A stretch of 63,131 nt of DNA, filler included, from Reclinomonas americana ATCC 50394 (GCA_048213135.1; 5 parts of 3 records of this genome joined end to end with filler, not necessarily neighbours in it); one strand, 5' to 3'; counted from the first letter of the whole stretch, positions 26,501-39,874 are shown. Notes: generated by a model not told the origin, from the sequence alone. Translations and numbers: made by a program.

Positions 26501-29500
26501 CTGAAAAAGGCGGAGGAACGAGCGGCGGCGGCCGAGCAGCGCATGGCTTCTCGGGAGGCTGAGTTGCTGGACGAGGATGCGCGAGCGAAACACGAGGCGA
26601 TTGCCGAAACGCGCAAGGCGGTGGAGAAGGAGTACGAGGGCGCAGTGCGTCGTCTGGAGGAGACGATTACTCAGCTGCGCGCCGAGCTGCTGCAGCGCGA
26701 AGAGGTGTGTGTGTGTGTGTGTTTCTTTTCCTGTCGATATGATTTGTGCTTTCTGCCCTGCTCACTCGCGTATCCACCGCAGCGTCTCAACAAGGGCCTC
26801 GAAGAGGGTGCGGCGGCCAGCAGCGCTCGTGAGCAGGCGTTGCAGCGCAAGTTGGAGGAGCGCATGGCAGCGTATCGCGACAGCGTGTTGAAGGAGATTG
26901 CGGAGAAGGAGGCTCAGTTGCGAGTCGACAGGGCGCAGATTGACGAGCACCGCGCTCAGCTGGAGCGCGAAATGGTCGCCCACTTGCAGTCCGAGAAGCT
27001 CAAGAGTTGCGTTGTTGTTGTCAGGGGCGATGTTTGTTGACTGATCGTCCTGTTGTCTTACCGAGCGCGACATGAACAGTGGAAACGGATTTGCGATCGG
27101 CGGTGGACCAGGTGCGCCGCAAGATGGAGGAGTCGTTTGAGTCGAGACTAAAGGCCGACCGTGCGGCTCACAACAACGAGGTGGCGACGTACTTGGCTGA
27201 ACTTGTTGCGTACCTTGTCGTGAACATGCCGCCCACCGGAAAACGATGACTCGTTCTCACGCATTTTATTTTACTGCAGGATCGTCTGAGGGCAGCACTG
27301 GACGACCAGGAGGCTCAGTTGCACGCCAAGGATGCCGAGGTGTCCGACATTCGTCTGCAGACCAAGATGGACTTGCGCACGCTGGCTGGTGAGTTTTTTC
27401 CTTTTGCTGAGCACGCTCGAGAGTCCACGATTCGTGTCATGCTCACGTGCTTGTGTGTGCAGCGAAAGCGCAAGAGGAGATTGCAAACAAGCAGCGGGAG
27501 GTGGAAGCACGAGTGCAGCAGCTCATTGACGAGCACGCACATGAGCGCAGTCGCCTGGCGGAGGAGAACGACCGCCGCCACAATCAGCTCTTGTTGCAGG
27601 AGCAGCAGGTGCGATCACTGTGTCGTCTCTACTTGCAATGTGCGTTTACATGCCGTTGCTTACCCTGGATTTTTCTCACAGGCGCGCACCGAGTTTGAGC
27701 ACGCTGTCCGGCTCGAGTACGCCGGTGCCATCAAGCAAATCGAGGCCAAGTGGCAGGCCGAGTTTGATCGGTGAGTGAGTTGAAGGATGGGCAGAGAGAA
27801 TTGCTACTTCCAGAGACTTACCTTCCTCTCTCCGCAGTCTCCAAGCGCAGCTTCGTGAAGAGCAACTGGAGGGCGAGAAGCGTGAGGCCGCCCTGCGTGC
27901 ACAACTTGTGTCTGTGCGTCAGCGGGCGGAGGAGGAGGCACGACAGCGGTGGTTGGTGACCAAGAACGAGCTGACTGTTGCGTGCATTGCTGGATTGACG
28001 CTGTCATCATACCTTGTTTGTGTGAGCTTTGATACTCGTGTGCCACGTTGCCTTCGTCTTTCTTGCCGTAGTTCATGTCATTCGTCTTTAGAGTGCTCTT
28101 TGTTTATTTGTCTTACCAATGTCTGTGTGCTCTTCCTCTCTCTATGCTTACTGGTGGGTGACATGCAGGCCCTGCACGAGCAACGTGTGCAAGCGCTGGT
28201 GGTGCAAGCGGAGGAGAGCAAGCGTGCGTGGGAGATTGAGCGTGAATCGATGCGCACGGCCAAGGCCCGCGCTCTGGACCAGGTCACCGATGAGCTGAAG
28301 AGAGTGCACGAGAAGGAGAAGGCCGATTTGGAACGTGCCCGGGAGATGGAGCGATCGGCGTTGCGCGAGTCGCTGGAATCGGAGCGCCGACAGTGGGAGG
28401 AGCAGTACGTGGAGATTACGCGCCTGCATGAGCTCAGCTTGATTGAGCTGGAGGAGAAGAATCGCGCTGCGACGCGCGACTTTTTGGCTACCATGCGTGC
28501 CGACGAGGAGGGCCAGATTCGCAAGCTGAAGGACGAGGAGCTGAAGCTGCGCGAGCAGTTCATGGCCGCCTACCGCGAGCGTGAGGGTCGAATGTTGGAC
28601 GAGAAGTTGGCGCTGGAGAAGGACTTGCGTCGCAAGGTGAAAATAGAGAGAGAAAGACGATTTGACCTTGTGATTGTTTCTGATCGCTCACTCGCGCTTG
28701 CAGATGGAAGAGCATCTGGCCGCCGCAGAGGAGGCCGCCAAGTTGGAGTTGGAGCAACGCGAGACCTACTACCGATCCATGCTGCAGCAATTGGACGACG
28801 AGCGTATTCAGCTGAAGCGCTCCTCGGAGGCCGATCGCAAGCGGTTCGAGCAGGACATTTTGGAGCGCACGAACCGGCTGCTGGCGGAGCGCGAATCGGA
28901 CTACGAGGACCGTCTGCGGTCGCTCACCGAGACGCAGGACCGTGAGCGCACTCTGTGGACCGAGGAGAAGGAGACGATGCGGCAGCTGACGCACGACTGG
29001 CAGCTGAAGGTGGATGTGGCCGAGGAGCGTCTGGTCACGACGCGCTCGCACCTGGAAACGCAACTCCGGCAGCAGGAGCTGGCCTCATCCGACGCGCGAC
29101 GCAAGCTGGAGGACGACTTGCGCCGCAAGTACGAGACCGATCTGCAGCAGATTGGCAAGCGCCTGAAGGAGACCTACGACCTGGAGTACCAGGCCATGCG
29201 CGAGCAGGCGGAGAGCGACAAGAAGCACGAGATCAGCCTGGTCGAGTCGCGCGAGCAGGGTGCGCGGTTGGAGTTCCAGCGTGCCCTGGTCGAGAGACAC
29301 TCGGCCGACCTCACCGAGTTGGAGGAGCGGTGGCGCGGCGAGGTTGAGAAGCTCCACAAGGCGCTGCAGGAGGCGCACCACGAGCGCGAGTCCGAGGCAG
29401 TGCAAGCCGGCATTCGTGCGGAGAAGGAGCGGCAGCGACTTGTGAGTGAGTTTGCGAAGGAGGCGGAGCGCTCACGTGAATTGCTGGAGCAGACGCACGC

Positions 29501-31301
29501 CGAGTCGGCCAAGAGGCTCAAGTTGCGTAGCGCAGAGTGTGAAGAACCATGATGCGCGAGAAATGCTGACTGTGTGTATTTCCTTGAATATTGCTGCAGG
29601 ACACAAGCGGCAGAGGAGAGTGCGGCGGCGGAGGCGCGTCATGTGGCCGAAGTGGAGGCACTGCGGCTGCAATTGGATCTCGACAAGCGCAACTTCACCG
29701 ACAGTCTGCGCGCCCAGTACGAGGAGAAGCACGCTGCGTTGAAGGCCACCTACGACGAGTTGCTGTCGGACCGCGACAGCGGTGTGGAAGCGGAGCGTGT
29801 GCGGCTGCACGAGACGTTTGCGCAGCAGTCGCAGACTCTGCGCTCGCAGCTCGATCAGATTCTGCGCCAGAAGGACGACGATGTGAAGATCATGCTGCAG
29901 CAGGCCGAGGAGCGCTTTGCTCAGATTGACGCGGAGCGACAGGAACGGACTGCGCAGCAGCTGCACAAGTCGTTGGTGGAGCGCCGCGAATACGAGCAGC
30001 ATGTGCACGAGCAGGCGGAACAGCGCATCGAGGAGGTTCGCGACGGCCTGCGCAAGGAGCTTGCGGAGGCACTGAAGCGGGAGGAGGACGAGCGCGAGCA
30101 GCGGGATCGGGTGGCGACGGAGAAGGAGCACTTGGAGGCGCAAGTTCGCAAGTTGAAGCAGACGACATTCCGCTGGCGTGTCGACTACCAGCGGGAGACG
30201 CAGGAACGGTACAGCAACCTGCTGGCCGACATGGAGGCACGTCTGCAGGGCGAGTGCGAAGACTTGCGACGACAGATTCTGCAAATGCAGGAGTTGCACC
30301 GACAGGAGGTTCTCACGTGGCAGGAGAAGGTTTGTCGCCGCGGATTTTCTGCGNNNNNNNNNNNNNNNNNNNNNNNNNNNNNNNNTTGCGTTGGTTGATT
30401 GATGGATGACTTTACTGATCATCATGTCATTGCAGGAGGAGAAGCGGCAAGAGGAGGCTGCCGAACAGCTGCGACTGCGCATGGCCGAGGAGCGTCGCAA
30501 GGCGGTGGAGGACGCCGGTCGTGCTGAGGCCGAGGTGGAGAAGAAGCAACGACTCGGTCGCATGAAGATGCGACTGGTGGAGTTGTGGCAAATGTTGGAG
30601 AGCGATTCCGGCGATCGTGCGCGCTTCTTGCAAGAGTGCGAGACGGCACGCAACGATGCATTCACGGACACGGTGTTTGAGTTGTATCGACAGGAGGTGG
30701 CCAAGTTGACCGACCAGCTGCCGCTGGTGGAGACCATTACCCGGCGAGAATTCGTCAAGTTCCGCCTGAAGGAGTTCACCAAGTCAGCCTCCGATCCGCA
30801 GCGTCTCTTCCAGGGCGATCCACAGCGGTTGCTGCGCGAGGAAGCGCAGCGCAAGGAGCTGGACGTGGAGATTCGACGGCTAAACGACATTTTGCTGAAG
30901 GAGTTGCCGGCGTACGAGAAGAAGGTGTGTGTGTTTCTCCATTCACCAACCATAATTTCTTGGCTCGCTGTCCTCACATTTCTTCTCTTCTGCCCTCTGC
31001 AGCACAATTGCCGCTTCATGTACAAGGGCGAGTACTACCTGCAGCTCATGTCTCACGACGTCATTGACGAGACACGGCAAGTGGAACAGGTTTGTGCGCA
31101 GTTGTCTGTGAAACGTCGACATGATGGTGATGGTGATGCTTACTGGCGAGAGAGCAGGAGGTGCGAGCGAAGCAACAGGGAGCAATGACACCGTCGAGTG
31201 GACAACCCGAGTTTTTGTCACCAATGGCCAGTCCATTGTCGGCCACCAACGGCAGTGCTGCGTCAAGACGCCGTGCGACACCAACAGGACCGCGGGCATA
31301 A
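23516..31301 (+). CDS. Giant coiled-coil protein with C-terminal MAP65/Ase1/PRC1 microtubule-binding domain
   Basis: About 20 in-phase exons of E/R/Q/A-rich heptad sequence. C-terminal LVELWQML..EVAKL..KEFTKSASDPQRLFQGDPQRLLREEAQRKEL..LPAYEKKHNCRFMYKGEYYL resembles the PRC1 motif ASDPNRF..LLKEEKQR..WEQEH..FMVNG. Stop TAA at 31299-31301. Confidence 0.75.
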
Positions 31302-31385
31302 TATCGCAGCAATCGTCGAGTTCCCTTTTTTTATTCTTTGTGAGGGAGGAAATGTAACAATGATCATTTTGTCGCAGTATACTTT

Positions 31386-33117
31386 TCACGAGTGTTGCAC
31401 CTGCAGCGGTTCACGCCTCATTGGCGAGGCGTTTACGCCGGGAGGCACTGACGCGCCGCTGTTCTTCGGTGGCTCCGGTTTGACTGGCGGGGCAGGAGGG
31501 GGGTTNNNNNNNNNNNNNNNNNNNNNNNNNNNNNNNNNNNNNNNNNNNNNNNNNNNNNNNNNNNNNNNNNNNNNNNNNNNNNNNNNNNNNNNNNNNNNNN
31601 NNNNNNNNNNNNNNNNNNNNNNNNNNNNNNNNNNNNNNNNNNNNNNNNNNNNNNNNNNNNNNNNNNNNNNNNNNNNNNNNNNNNNNNNNNNNNNNNNNNN
31701 NNNNNNNNNNNNNNNNNNNNNNNNNNNNNNNNNNNNNNNNNNNNNNNNNNNNNNNNNNNNNNNNNNNNNNNNNNNNNNNNNNNNNNNNNNNNNNNNNNNN
31801 NNNNNNNNNNNNNNNNNNNNNNNNNNNNNNNNNNNNNNNNNNNNNNNNNNNNNNNNNNNNNNNNNNNNNNNNNNNNNNNNNNNNNNNNNNNNNNNNNNNN
31901 NNNNNNNNNNNNNNNNNNNNNNNNNNNNNNNNNNNNNNNNNNNNNNNNNNNNNNNNNNNNNNNNNNNNNNNNNNNNNNNNNNNNNNNNNNNNNNNNNNNN
32001 NNNNNNNNNNNNNNNNNNNNNNNNNNNNNNNNNNNNNNNNNNNNNNNNNNNNNNNNNNNNNNNNNNNNNNNNNNNNNNNNNNNNNNNNNNNNNNNNNNNN
32101 NNNNNNNNNNNNNNNNNNNNNNNNNNNNNNNNNNNNNNNNNNNNNNNNNNNNNNNNNNNNNNNNNNNNNNNNNNNNNNNNNNNNNNNNNNNNNNNNNNNN
32201 NNNNNNNNNNNNNNNNNNNCGCCCCTCCATTTGCGTTTGTCATGCGAGCAAAGGCGTCCAAGAGGCTGCGTTGCTCGGCGTCGGCTCCGTTGCCTCTGAC
32301 TTCGTCGTCACCGTCGTCGTCATCGTCACCTTCGTAGCGGCAGCAGCCTTTGACCTGTGGAATGGAGCTCTCGTCTGCCACTCCCACGCAGTCGCACTCG
32401 CAGTACAGATACCGGTCGCGAAAGGCGACTCGCCGCATGTCGTCCATGCAGGAGCACACGCGGGACGGCATGCAGCGCCAGCAGATGCAGCATACGGCCA
32501 GCGGCATCGTGCACGCTGTACGAACCATGGACGGCGTGCAGCGGCCGGGAATCACTGGCAATATCATGCACGGAATGCTGGCAATGCCGGCAACGAGCGA
32601 CAAGGCAAACAACGGCGGCGCCAGTGGTGCACACGAGATGCAATGGTAGCAACGAGCGCAGTGAGCACCGCCGCAGTGGCACGGTTGGGGGCAGCAGTAA
32701 AAGTCGCGCGCACAGCACCCGCAGCAGTGTTCGATGTACGGGCGGTAGCAGTCGCGCACGTGGCAGCAGCCGGCGGTGCAGAATCGAGTCGTCGACAAGT
32801 ACGGATGCCGCTCTCCACGAAAATGGAGCCCACCTCAACTTGGCGGCCGTTGGACGCCGTGCGAGTTCCAATGGCAGTCGTCGTGAACCTATGCATATGT
32901 GGGTCTATTTGCATCCTACGCAGGAGAAGTAGAAGGAGAAGGACGACGAGTTAGAAAACACGGCAGCTAATTTTCTGTACATGTGCACACCCAACACTCA
33001 CGTGATATCCGTCGCACCGAGAGAAGTCAAGTCATTGACTGCGTCCCGAATGCGCTCTTGTTGCAGTTCCTGGAGGAACGCACTCTTGGAAACAGAAGTG
33101 GATTTGTTCGTCGCCAT
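31386..33117 (-). CDS. Cysteine-rich putative membrane protein (one apparent frameshift near 32800; gap inside)
   Basis: Exon 33117-33002 (MATNKSTSVSKSAFLQELQQERIRDAVNDL) splices to 32888. The CC-rich frame (FCTAGCCHVRDCY..CCGCC..YCCPQPC) with a hydrophobic stretch needs a 1-nt shift. Confidence 0.5.
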
Positions 33118-33590
33118 CTCTCCGCTCACCAACGTGGCACAAATCAGTTGGTGTTGTCAGAGCCGATGGTGCTGTCGCAAATGATGCATGCGGAGTGTTT
33201 GTCAGGCGGAGTGTGCCTGTTTGCAGTGAAGAGGAGCAATTCGGCCAATCCGCCGACATCCCTCCGCCGACATTGGTGATGCGACATTACCTTGTCGACT
33301 GCAACAACAACAACAACAGCAACGTTCATTTCTCTCTCTCATTTCTTTAGATGATAATAGTGATCGTACAGGAAGAGCAGACGAACCCGAGCCAGCTCAC
33401 GTAAAAAAGAACGAGACAACGAACAAGAGCACTGCACTCTATTCGTCTCTCGACAGATAAGGGGGGAACAGATTATGATCAACAACACAGCAGATAAAGG
33501 CGACAACAGCAACAGCAACAGCAACAACAGCAACAACATCAACAGCACAATTGGACACAGCACGAACACGAACGCACGCGTGTGTGCGTG

Positions 33591-36500
33591 TTACGAAGGT
33601 AACCGCCGACCACTGTCACCGACGCCTCCCAATGTCCGTGCGTCGAGTTCACGATTCAAGTCATCGATTCTACGCAGAGGTGCGGCCACTCGCCCTGCAC
33701 GATGCTGGTGAGCACGGGAAAAGATTGATGGACAATCGCAGTGTGCAGTCTTACCTATGCTCTCGGTTAACCGCAATCCCAGCGCGTCGCGCCCACTGGC
33801 CACACTCGCGGGTCCTGCAGACTGACTGCGGACCTCAAGCATGCGCTGTTGTCGTTCGCGTTGTACCTGTGCGGGAGAGGGGGTTGAGTGAAAGGGGGGA
33901 AAAGGGAAGGGGGTAAAAAGGAAAGGGAGGGGGAAAGTGAAGGAAGGGAGGAGAAGGAGAAAGAAAGGGGTAGACAGAAAGGGAAGGAGGGGAAGAGAAA
34001 GCAAAGGCGGTGGCGGGAGAGTAGGGAGGGAAAAACAGGAGGACCGGGAGGGAAAGCGATGGAGAGAGAAGGAAAGGAGGGGAAGAGAGAGAGGAGCGGA
34101 AGGAGACAAAGCGCTTTCATTGTAGAGAGAGAAAGAGGGCCAAGGAAAGAGAGAGAAGGGCGAGAAGGAGGAGAAGAAGAGTAAGCAAAGACGGGAAGTG
34201 AGAGGCAGGGAGGAAAGACATAATGGAGTAGGGGGCAAAGGAAGGAAAGCAAGAGAGAGTGAGAAGGAAGGAATCAGAAGAGAGAAAGAGAAAGAGACAA
34301 GAGCTCACAAAGGAAAGGGAGAGAATGAGATTTCATAGAAAGGGATGGGAACAGAGAAAGAACAGAAGGGAAACAGGGAGAGGAAAGAGACCCAACAGTA
34401 AGGAGAGAAAGAGTTTCTGTGCTGTGATGCCTCCCTCATCTCGCAATCAGAGTCGGAGCAAAATAATCTCTCACTCTCTCTAAGTGGACTCACCGATCGC
34501 CTTGATCGCGACGCCGTGCTCTCCAAACTGTTCAATCGCTGTTCCAGTGCGTCTGCGCAAAATATAATAGCCGTGAGAATCATCAGTGCAACTCTCTCGC
34601 TCAGTCTCTCTCCACACAAACCTCTTGTCAGCTGCAACTCCAGCGTCTTCGTCGCGTGTGAGCTCTTTTCCGCGCGCAAATCGTCTAGTTGCTGCTGCAG
34701 TGAGCGCTTCTCACGCTTGAATCTCCTCCGCAAATCCATCAAATCCTTCTCCGCCTGTCCTTTTTCTACTTTTAGTGCCTCGATAATGGTTTTGAAGGCG
34801 CTCCGCATGTTGAGCATCTTGTGCTGCACGAGGAACACACAATCAGCAACTGCAAGCCACGGTGGCCACAGCGACAACCACCACGCACCGCAGTCTCGTC
34901 ACGCATTTTCCGTTGCCGTACAGATTCGGCCTGCGCCTCATCAATCTCCTTGTGTACCACCGCAAGCTCCGCCGCCAAACGATCTCGTTCTCGCCTGTAT
35001 GCCCATCGATTATTAGCAACTGCTCCCTTCACCGAGCACACACACACGAGTAGTGTACGCACTGCACTTGTTCGAGCGACTGCTCGCTGCCCGACGCCTT
35101 GCCGCTGAGATCCTCGGCACGCCTCTTGTGATGCTCCATCTCCTCCTCAGCACGAGCAGCCACCCGCTTCGCCTCAGCCGCCGTCCTCTCCGCCTCGTCG
35201 GCCACCAACTGCACGTGCATCGCGAATGAGACACGCAAAGAATCCTGTGACGATTCGCTCGACTCGCCGCCCACACCTGCTTCTTTAACAACTCCTCACG
35301 CAGTGTGGTCACCTCCTTGCGGCTCGAATCGGCATCGCTCTGCATGGACTCGCGATGCCGATCGGTTTCGGCACGCAGTTCCTCGTTTTTTCGCAGCAGC
35401 TGGTCGTGCTTCTCTTGCAGCGCCCGTTTCTGGTTCTTCAGATCCGATATCTCCGACTGGAACAGCTCCTTGGTGCGCTCCACTCGCTCCTGCGCACGCT
35501 GCTCGGCCTCGACGACCTGCGCACGACTGTCTTCTAGCCGCTTTGACAGCTCGNNNNNNNNNNNNNNNNNNNNNNNNNNNNNNNNNNNNNNNNNNNNNNN
35601 NNNNNNNNNNNNNNNNNNNNNNNNNNNNNNNNNNNNNNNNNNNNNNNNNNNNNNNNNNNNNNNNNNNNNNNNNNNNNNNNNNNNNNNNNNNNNNNNNNNN
35701 NNNNNNNNNNNNNNNNNNNNNNNNNNNNNNNNNNNNNNNNNNNNNNTCTCGCCTCCTGCGCGGAGTGGGTGTGAGCATCTCGACAGGAGCACCAGCAACG
35801 CAGCACGCACCTCGTCAACTGCTCCAACTGCGACTCCAGCGTGGCTCTCTCACGACCCGCCTGCCTCGTCGCCTCCTCTCGCAATTCACGCTCGGCACGA
35901 CACTTGGACTCCGCCGCCCGAATCTGCTCTTGCGTCTGCATTCGCAAGTCGTCCATGCGCTGCTCGGTGGCCAGTCGGCTCTGATCGGCCTGCTCGGCCA
36001 CACGCGCACTCCGCTGCACCTCGGTCTCCAAGAACTCGACCTGCTTCCGCAACCGGTCGCGCTCAATCTCCAACGACTTGACCATTCCCATTTGCTCGCT
36101 GACTTCGGCGCCGAGTGCGCGCGCCTGATTCTCCTTCTCTACACGCATGAAACGCAGCTCGCCACGCACTTCCTCAATCTCCTCCCNNNNNNNNNNNNNN
36201 NNNNNNNNNNNNNNNNNNNNNNNNNNNNNNNNNNNNNNNNNNNNNNNNNNNNNNNNNNNNNNNNNNNNNNNNNNNNNNNNNNNNNNNNNNNNNNNNNNNN
36301 NNNNNNNNNNNNNNNNNNNNNNNNNNNNNNNNNNNNNNNNNNNNNNNNNNNNNNNNNNNNNNNNNNNNNNNNNNNNNNNNNNNNNNNNNNNNNNNNNNNN
36401 NNNNNNNNNNNNNNNNNNNNNNNNNNNNNNNNNNNNNNNNNNNNNNNNNNNNNNNNNNNNNNNNNNNNNNNNNNNNNNNNNNNNNNNNNNNNNNNNNNNN

Positions 36501-36986
36501 NNNNNNNNNNNNNNNNNNNNNNNNNNNNNNNNNNNNNNNNNNNNNNNNNNNNNNNNNNNNNNNNNNNNNNNNNNNNNNNNNNNNNNNNNNNNNNNNNNNN
36601 NNNNNNNNNNNNNNNNNNNNNNNNNNNNNNNNNNNNNNNNNNNNNNNNNNNNNNNNNNNNNNNNNNNNNNNNNNNNNNNNNNNNNNNNNNNNNNNNNNNN
36701 NNNNNNNNNNNNNNNNNNNNNNNNNNNNNNNNNNNNNNNNNNNNNNNNNNNNNNNNNNNNNNNNNNNNNNNNNNNNNNNNNNNNNNNNNNNNNNNNNNNN
36801 NNNNNNNNNNNNNNNNNNNNNNNNNNNNNNNNNNNNNNNNNNNNNNNNNNNNNNNNNNNNNNNNNNNNNNNNNNNNNNNNNNNNNNNNNNNNNNNNNNNN
36901 NNNNNNNNNNNNNNNNNNNNNNNNNNNNNNNNNNNNNNNNNNNNNNNNNNNNNNNNNNNNNNNNNNNNNNNNNNNNNNNNNNNTCG

Positions 36987-37075
<89 letters not shown>

Positions 37076-37332
37076 TGAGTGTGTGGAATCTATTGTCAAG
37101 TTCACGGCGATGATGATGTGATTGTTGGAGTGCGACTTGGTCAGTTTGCTTCCTGCCTTACCTTGTCTCTCCCATTTAGCCTCCTTTCCGTCTTCTCTCT
37201 CTCTCCTCGGTTCCTCGTTGTTCTCGACGATATTCATCCATTGTTCTCCCTCCTCTTGATTCTCAAGTCTCTTCTTCTTCACCCTTCCACCTTGGTTTCG
37301 TCTCCCTCTTTCTTCTCGCCTCTTTCTCGTAT

Positions 37333-37371
<39 letters not shown>

Positions 37372-38447
37372 TCCTCATGCGTATTCTTCCATTATTGTTT
37401 CATTCGTCGCCACCCTTCCTCCTCCTGCATCTTCTTGTTTAGTCGTCCTCTTCTTCTTTTTTCTTCTTCTTTTTCTCCCTTTCCCTGTTTTCTCTTTCCC
37501 CTTCCCTTGCCCTGCTTTCTCACCCTTTCCCTCTCTCGCAGCCAAATCGAATCACTCGAAGCGAAGCTGCTAGAACAACTGGAGAACCAGCGCGCGATGA
37601 AAGAGGTTGAGTGCGACGGCGATTGCCACTTTGCTTTCCCTCATCGCGATTCTCACTCCTGCGACTTCCAGACCATTGCCAGTCTCGACGAGGTGGCCGC
37701 CAAGTACTCGGAGCTGAAGAAGCAGCACGAATCGCAGAGAACGCAGTTTGAGAATGCGGTTCGTGTTGCTCCCACTCTCTCCCTCCCCTCTCTTCTCCCT
37801 CACCTACCCCCGTTCTCCAGATGGACGACATGCGCGCGGAGCTCAAGGAGCTTCGAGATGGCGAAACGCGCATCAACAATCAGATTATCGCGTCGGAGCA
37901 CGAGCGCGTGGTGGCCGAGGAGAATGAGCGCAAGGCACGCAATTACACACCCAAACTCTCCTCGCGCCCACTGTCTCACTCACTCATCTCGTGCGCAACA
38001 GGCTCGGGAGCGTGCTGCGCTGTCCGAGAAGCAGGCGGCCAGCCTGAGTGCACAGTTGGCGCGTGCGCNNNNNNNNNNNNNNNNNNNNNNNNNNNNNNNN
38101 NNNNNNNNNNNNNNNNNNNNNNNNNNNNNNNNNNNNNNNNNNNNNNNNNNNNNNNNNNNNNNNNNNNNNNNNNNNNNNNNNNNNNNNNNNNNNNNNNNNN
38201 NNNNNNNNNNNNNNNNNNNNNNNNNNNNNNNNNNNNNNNNNNNNNNNNNNNNNNNNNNNNNNNNNNNNNNNNNNNNNNNNNNNNNNNNNNNNNNNNNNNN
38301 NNNNNNNNNNNNNNNNNNNNNNNNNNNNNNNNNGCGCGTCGCCTCCTCCACAGCTGCTGAGCCAGCCGCCAGCTCGGCTTGAAGGTCCAGTGGACCGGCG
38401 AATTGTGGCGAGGGTGGTCGCAGGAAGCGTGTCTCGCCCGCACTCAT
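33591..38447 (-). CDS. Long coiled-coil protein of unknown family (internal contig 36984-38068 apparently inverted)
   Basis: Minus exons run from MSAGETRFLRPPSPQF (38447) through EEIEEVRGELRFMRVEKE.., ELSKRLEDSRAQ.. and HKMLNMRSAFK.. to TAA at 33591, with canonical splice sites. Confidence 0.65.
36990..37059 (+). repeat. (GT)n microsatellite
   Basis: Perfect TG run at the contig edge. Confidence 0.95.
37542..38068 (+). CDS. Four coiled-coil exons on + strand, probably part of the surrounding minus-strand gene
   Basis: QIESLEAKLLEQLENQRAMKE / TIASLDEVAAKYSELKKQHE..NA / MDDMRAELKEL..ENERK / ARERAALSEKQAASL splice in phase. The contig contains no start or stop. Confidence 0.6.
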
Positions 38448-38852
38448 CTCTACTGTGTGAGATGAAAAATATGACCGTTGCGTGCCGTGGTGAATTTTCA
38501 CTTCCGTATCTGCATGCTCGGATGGAGCGTCTTCTGCTGCGATGTGTGATGAGAGAGGGCGTGGGGGAGGGTTGATGGAGAAGGAAACGCGATGCTGGTG
38601 TGGGACCTTTTGGCCTCTTTTGGCGAGTGAGGTCCGGATCCGATATTGGCCAAAAAATAAGAGTCTATTAATGCAGCGAGCTCCGCTGCATGCACACAGA
38701 CAAGTTAAAGGCAAGCCACAGATCCATCGTTGCAACTTTCCTCGCGCCAACGAGCATTGCGAAACGAAGCAGCAAGAGAGGCTCTATTTCTGGCCCCTTC
38801 CGGACATAAATAGTCGCAAAGTTGTCCGTTCTATTCATTTTCCCCTCAACAC

Positions 38853-39407
38853 ATGAGCAAGCGCAACAGCCCGAGAAAGTCCGATCAGCGCAAGAGTGCC
38901 GCAGCCACTGCCACTGCAGCTGCAGCCGGATCGAGCTCTGAGGATCGTCGTTTTGTGACCATCGGGTGTGACATTGGCGGTGTGGTTCGCGACAACGTCT
39001 CTGGGCAGCCGATTGTGGGCTCCGTGGAGGCGCTCGCGGAGTTGCAGGCTGCCGGCCACACCGTGGTCTTCATCTCCAAGTGCAAGGCGGAGATGGCGGG
39101 TCGCAGCCGGGCGTGGCTGGCCACCCACGGCTTGGACGTTTACCCGGTGCATTTCTGTCTCGAGTACGCGGACAAGGTGGAGCTCGCTGCCAAGGTGGGC
39201 GCCACCGTCATGATCGACGACAAGGTGCAGGTGCTGCAGCACTTCTCGGCTGAGGTGCGACGCGTCTGGCTCTGTGACGACGAGCAGAAGATCCGTGGAA
39301 TGCAGAGACACACTCCGCACTTGCTGGTGGAGTTTGAGCATGTCCGAAGCTGGGCCGACATTCTCGCCCTGTTTGCAGCCGGTGCTGCCGCAGAAGAGGA
39401 GGAATGA
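38853..39407 (+). CDS. Intronless HAD-superfamily hydrolase-like protein
   Basis: Motif I-like IGCDIGGVV, GSVEALAEL..GHTVVFISK (motif II), K, VMIDDKVQVL (motif IV) and C-terminal VRSWADI. Confidence 0.7.
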   Translation: MSKRNSPRKSDQRKSAAATATAAAAGSSSEDRRFVTIGCDIGGVVRDNVSGQPIVGSVEALAELQAAGHTVVFISKCKAEMAGRSRAWLATHGLDVYPVHFCLEYADKVELAAKVGATVMIDDKVQVLQHFSAEVRRVWLCDDEQKIRGMQRHTPHLLVEFEHVRSWADILALFAAGAAAEEEE

Positions 39408-39874
39408 AGTTGAAGTCAACAGTTGTTTGTACCCGTCGTCACGCGATCGAGGGTGCTTGAAAAGAGAAAAGAGGAAAGGAGAAAAGTCCGGTCAGTCGGT
39501 GTGCACGTGGCGAATTCGAACGAGCTCGATCGCGACGTACGCGTTGCCATACTGCAGTACCTTATGTTGCTGTGCATGCCATATGTTTCGCGGACTCCCT
39601 CGCGGTGGTGATAACGGTGCTGCTGCAGCAGCTCAGATCGTCTGACCGGAAGAATATCGATACCCAACAATATCTTCCGGATGCATTGCTGCATCACTTT
39701 CTCTCAAAACCACTCCACCTGCAATTGCATGCTCACCGCAGCGACATCATGTTGCCATCCAGTGACCACCTCCGTCTGCATCACCTGACAGCCGGAAGAG
39801 GTCCGAACTTTTGGTTAGTTTTCGTCGATCGCAGCGCGGCGCCGCGGATTATTATTCCGCGGTCATGACGGATG

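Noticed and set aside
32835-32837. In-frame TGA upstream of the Cys-rich frame as selenocysteine or recoding
   Set aside because: The exon-1 splice phase selects a different frame at this point. A 1-nt error explains it better, and no SECIS was recognised.
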